A model generated the notes under the pieces. That model worked only from the letters and a program-made list of their open reading frames with translations, had not been told where the DNA came from and searched no databases. A stretch of 63,938 nucleotides of DNA, the filler included, from Octopus bimaculoides (Eukaryota): assembly GCF_001194135.2 (NCBI RefSeq). It is 3 parts of 3 records of this genome, joined end to end, with 100 filler letters (N's around TTAATTAATTAA, not from the genome) between each part and the next. Parts side by side here need not be neighbours in the genome. Positions count along the whole stretch, not along the records: positions 48,550 to 63,938 come from NC_068986.1; 2 more parts are not named here. One strand, given 5' to 3'. Position 1 is the first letter of the stretch; each line of letters opens with the position of its first letter. This document shows, one piece after another, positions 63,022-63,938 of this stretch. Position numbers and translations under genes: made by a program.

Positions 63022-63412
63022 TTTTACTCTTTTACTTCTTTTAGTCATTTGACTGCAGCCATGCTGGAGCACCACCTTTAGTCGAGCATATCAACCCCAG
63101 GACTTATTCTTTGGAAGCCTAGTACTTATTCTATCGGCTCTTTTGCCAAACCGCTAATTTACGGGGATGTAAACACACCACCATCGGTCGTCAAGCAATG
63201 TTGGGGGGACAAACACAGACACAGAAACATATACACACACATACATATATATATATACATATAAACGACAGGCTTCTTTCAGTTTCCATCTTCCAAATCC
63301 ACTCACAAGGCTTTTTGCCTGAGGCTATAGTAGAAGACACTTGCCCAAGGTGCCACGTAGTGAGAATGAACCTGGAACCATGTGGTTGGTAAGCAAGCTA
63401 CTTGCCACACAG
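63022..63412 (-). mobile_element. SINE family A, full length
   Basis: Same layout as 52820-53188, with head gaacctggaaccatgtggttggtaagcaagctacttgccacacagc. Confidence 0.93.
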
Positions 63413-63434
63413 CATATATATATTTATATATATC

Positions 63435-63625
63435 CTCATCATTATCATCGTTTTACGTCCGCTTTCCATGCTGGCATGGGTTGGACAGTTTGACTGAGGT
63501 CTGGTGAGCTAGAGGCGCACCAGGCTCAATCTGATCTGCCAAAGTTTCTACAGCTGGATGCCCTTCCTAATGCCAACCACTCTGAGAGTGTAGTGGGTGC
63601 TTTTAACGTTCCACTGGCATGAGTA
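63435..63625 (-). mobile_element. SINE or LINE 3' tail remnant
   Basis: cgtccgctttccatgctggcatgggttggac..ctggatgcccttcctaatgccaacc, next to a (CAT)-type tail at about 63435-63450. Confidence 0.7.
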
Positions 63626-63925
63626 GCAATCAGGCGGTGCTGTCATCAGCGATTTTGATTTGTTTTCACTTGCCTCAATAGGTCTTCGCAAGCAAAGTTC
63701 ATTGTCCAATGAATGAGGAGTACTCATAAGTGGACCGGTTACATCCCACATTCGGATGTGCTTTTAACATTGCTCTGGCATGAGTGCCAATCAGACGGTA
63801 CTGTCATTGGCCACGTCAGCAATTTTGATTTTAATTTCACTTGCCACAATGTCTTCACAAGCAAGGTTTATTGTCGAATGAATGAGGGGTATTCATAAAT
63901 GGGCTGGTTACACCCACTAGCTTAG
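63595..63925. repeat. About two tandem copies of a ~165-170 bp unit
   Basis: gtgcttttaac..ctggcatgag..attttgatt..ttcacttgcc..gaatgagg..ggttaca repeated at about 63595 and 63758. Confidence 0.85.
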
Positions 63926-63938
63926 GCCATGAACTAGG

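Overview
AT-rich, microsatellite-saturated eukaryotic genomic DNA with about 5.3 kb of N gaps, most of them bounded by microsatellites. The SINE repertoire and repeat landscape suggest a coleoid cephalopod, probably Octopus (inference from recalled repeat families, not a database hit). I found no intact protein-coding gene. Nearly all long ORFs in the supplied track are artefacts of microsatellites or N runs. The window is a graveyard of mobile elements: a deleted mariner-type (probably DD37D/maT) transposase, a HERO-like and two R4/Dong-like RLE retrotransposons, RTE, CR1 and L1-like LINE remnants, a Penelope GIY-YIG fragment, an internally deleted Helitron, a Tc1/mariner MITE, a hAT MITE and more than 20 tRNA-derived SINE copies or fragments. 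The most interesting signals are: (1) a minimal type I hammerhead ribozyme with all core motifs at 15728-15813 (-); (2) two adjacent fold-back elements at 48.05-48.97 kb carrying related hammerhead/pLTR remnants; (3) an RTE copy with an L1-style twin-priming 5' inversion; (4) a palindromic tail-to-tail Helitron junction; (5) an isolated RFX X-box and a few weak candidate exons hinting at an unresolved host gene. All translations and folds were done by eye; element boundaries are approximate unless stated otherwise.
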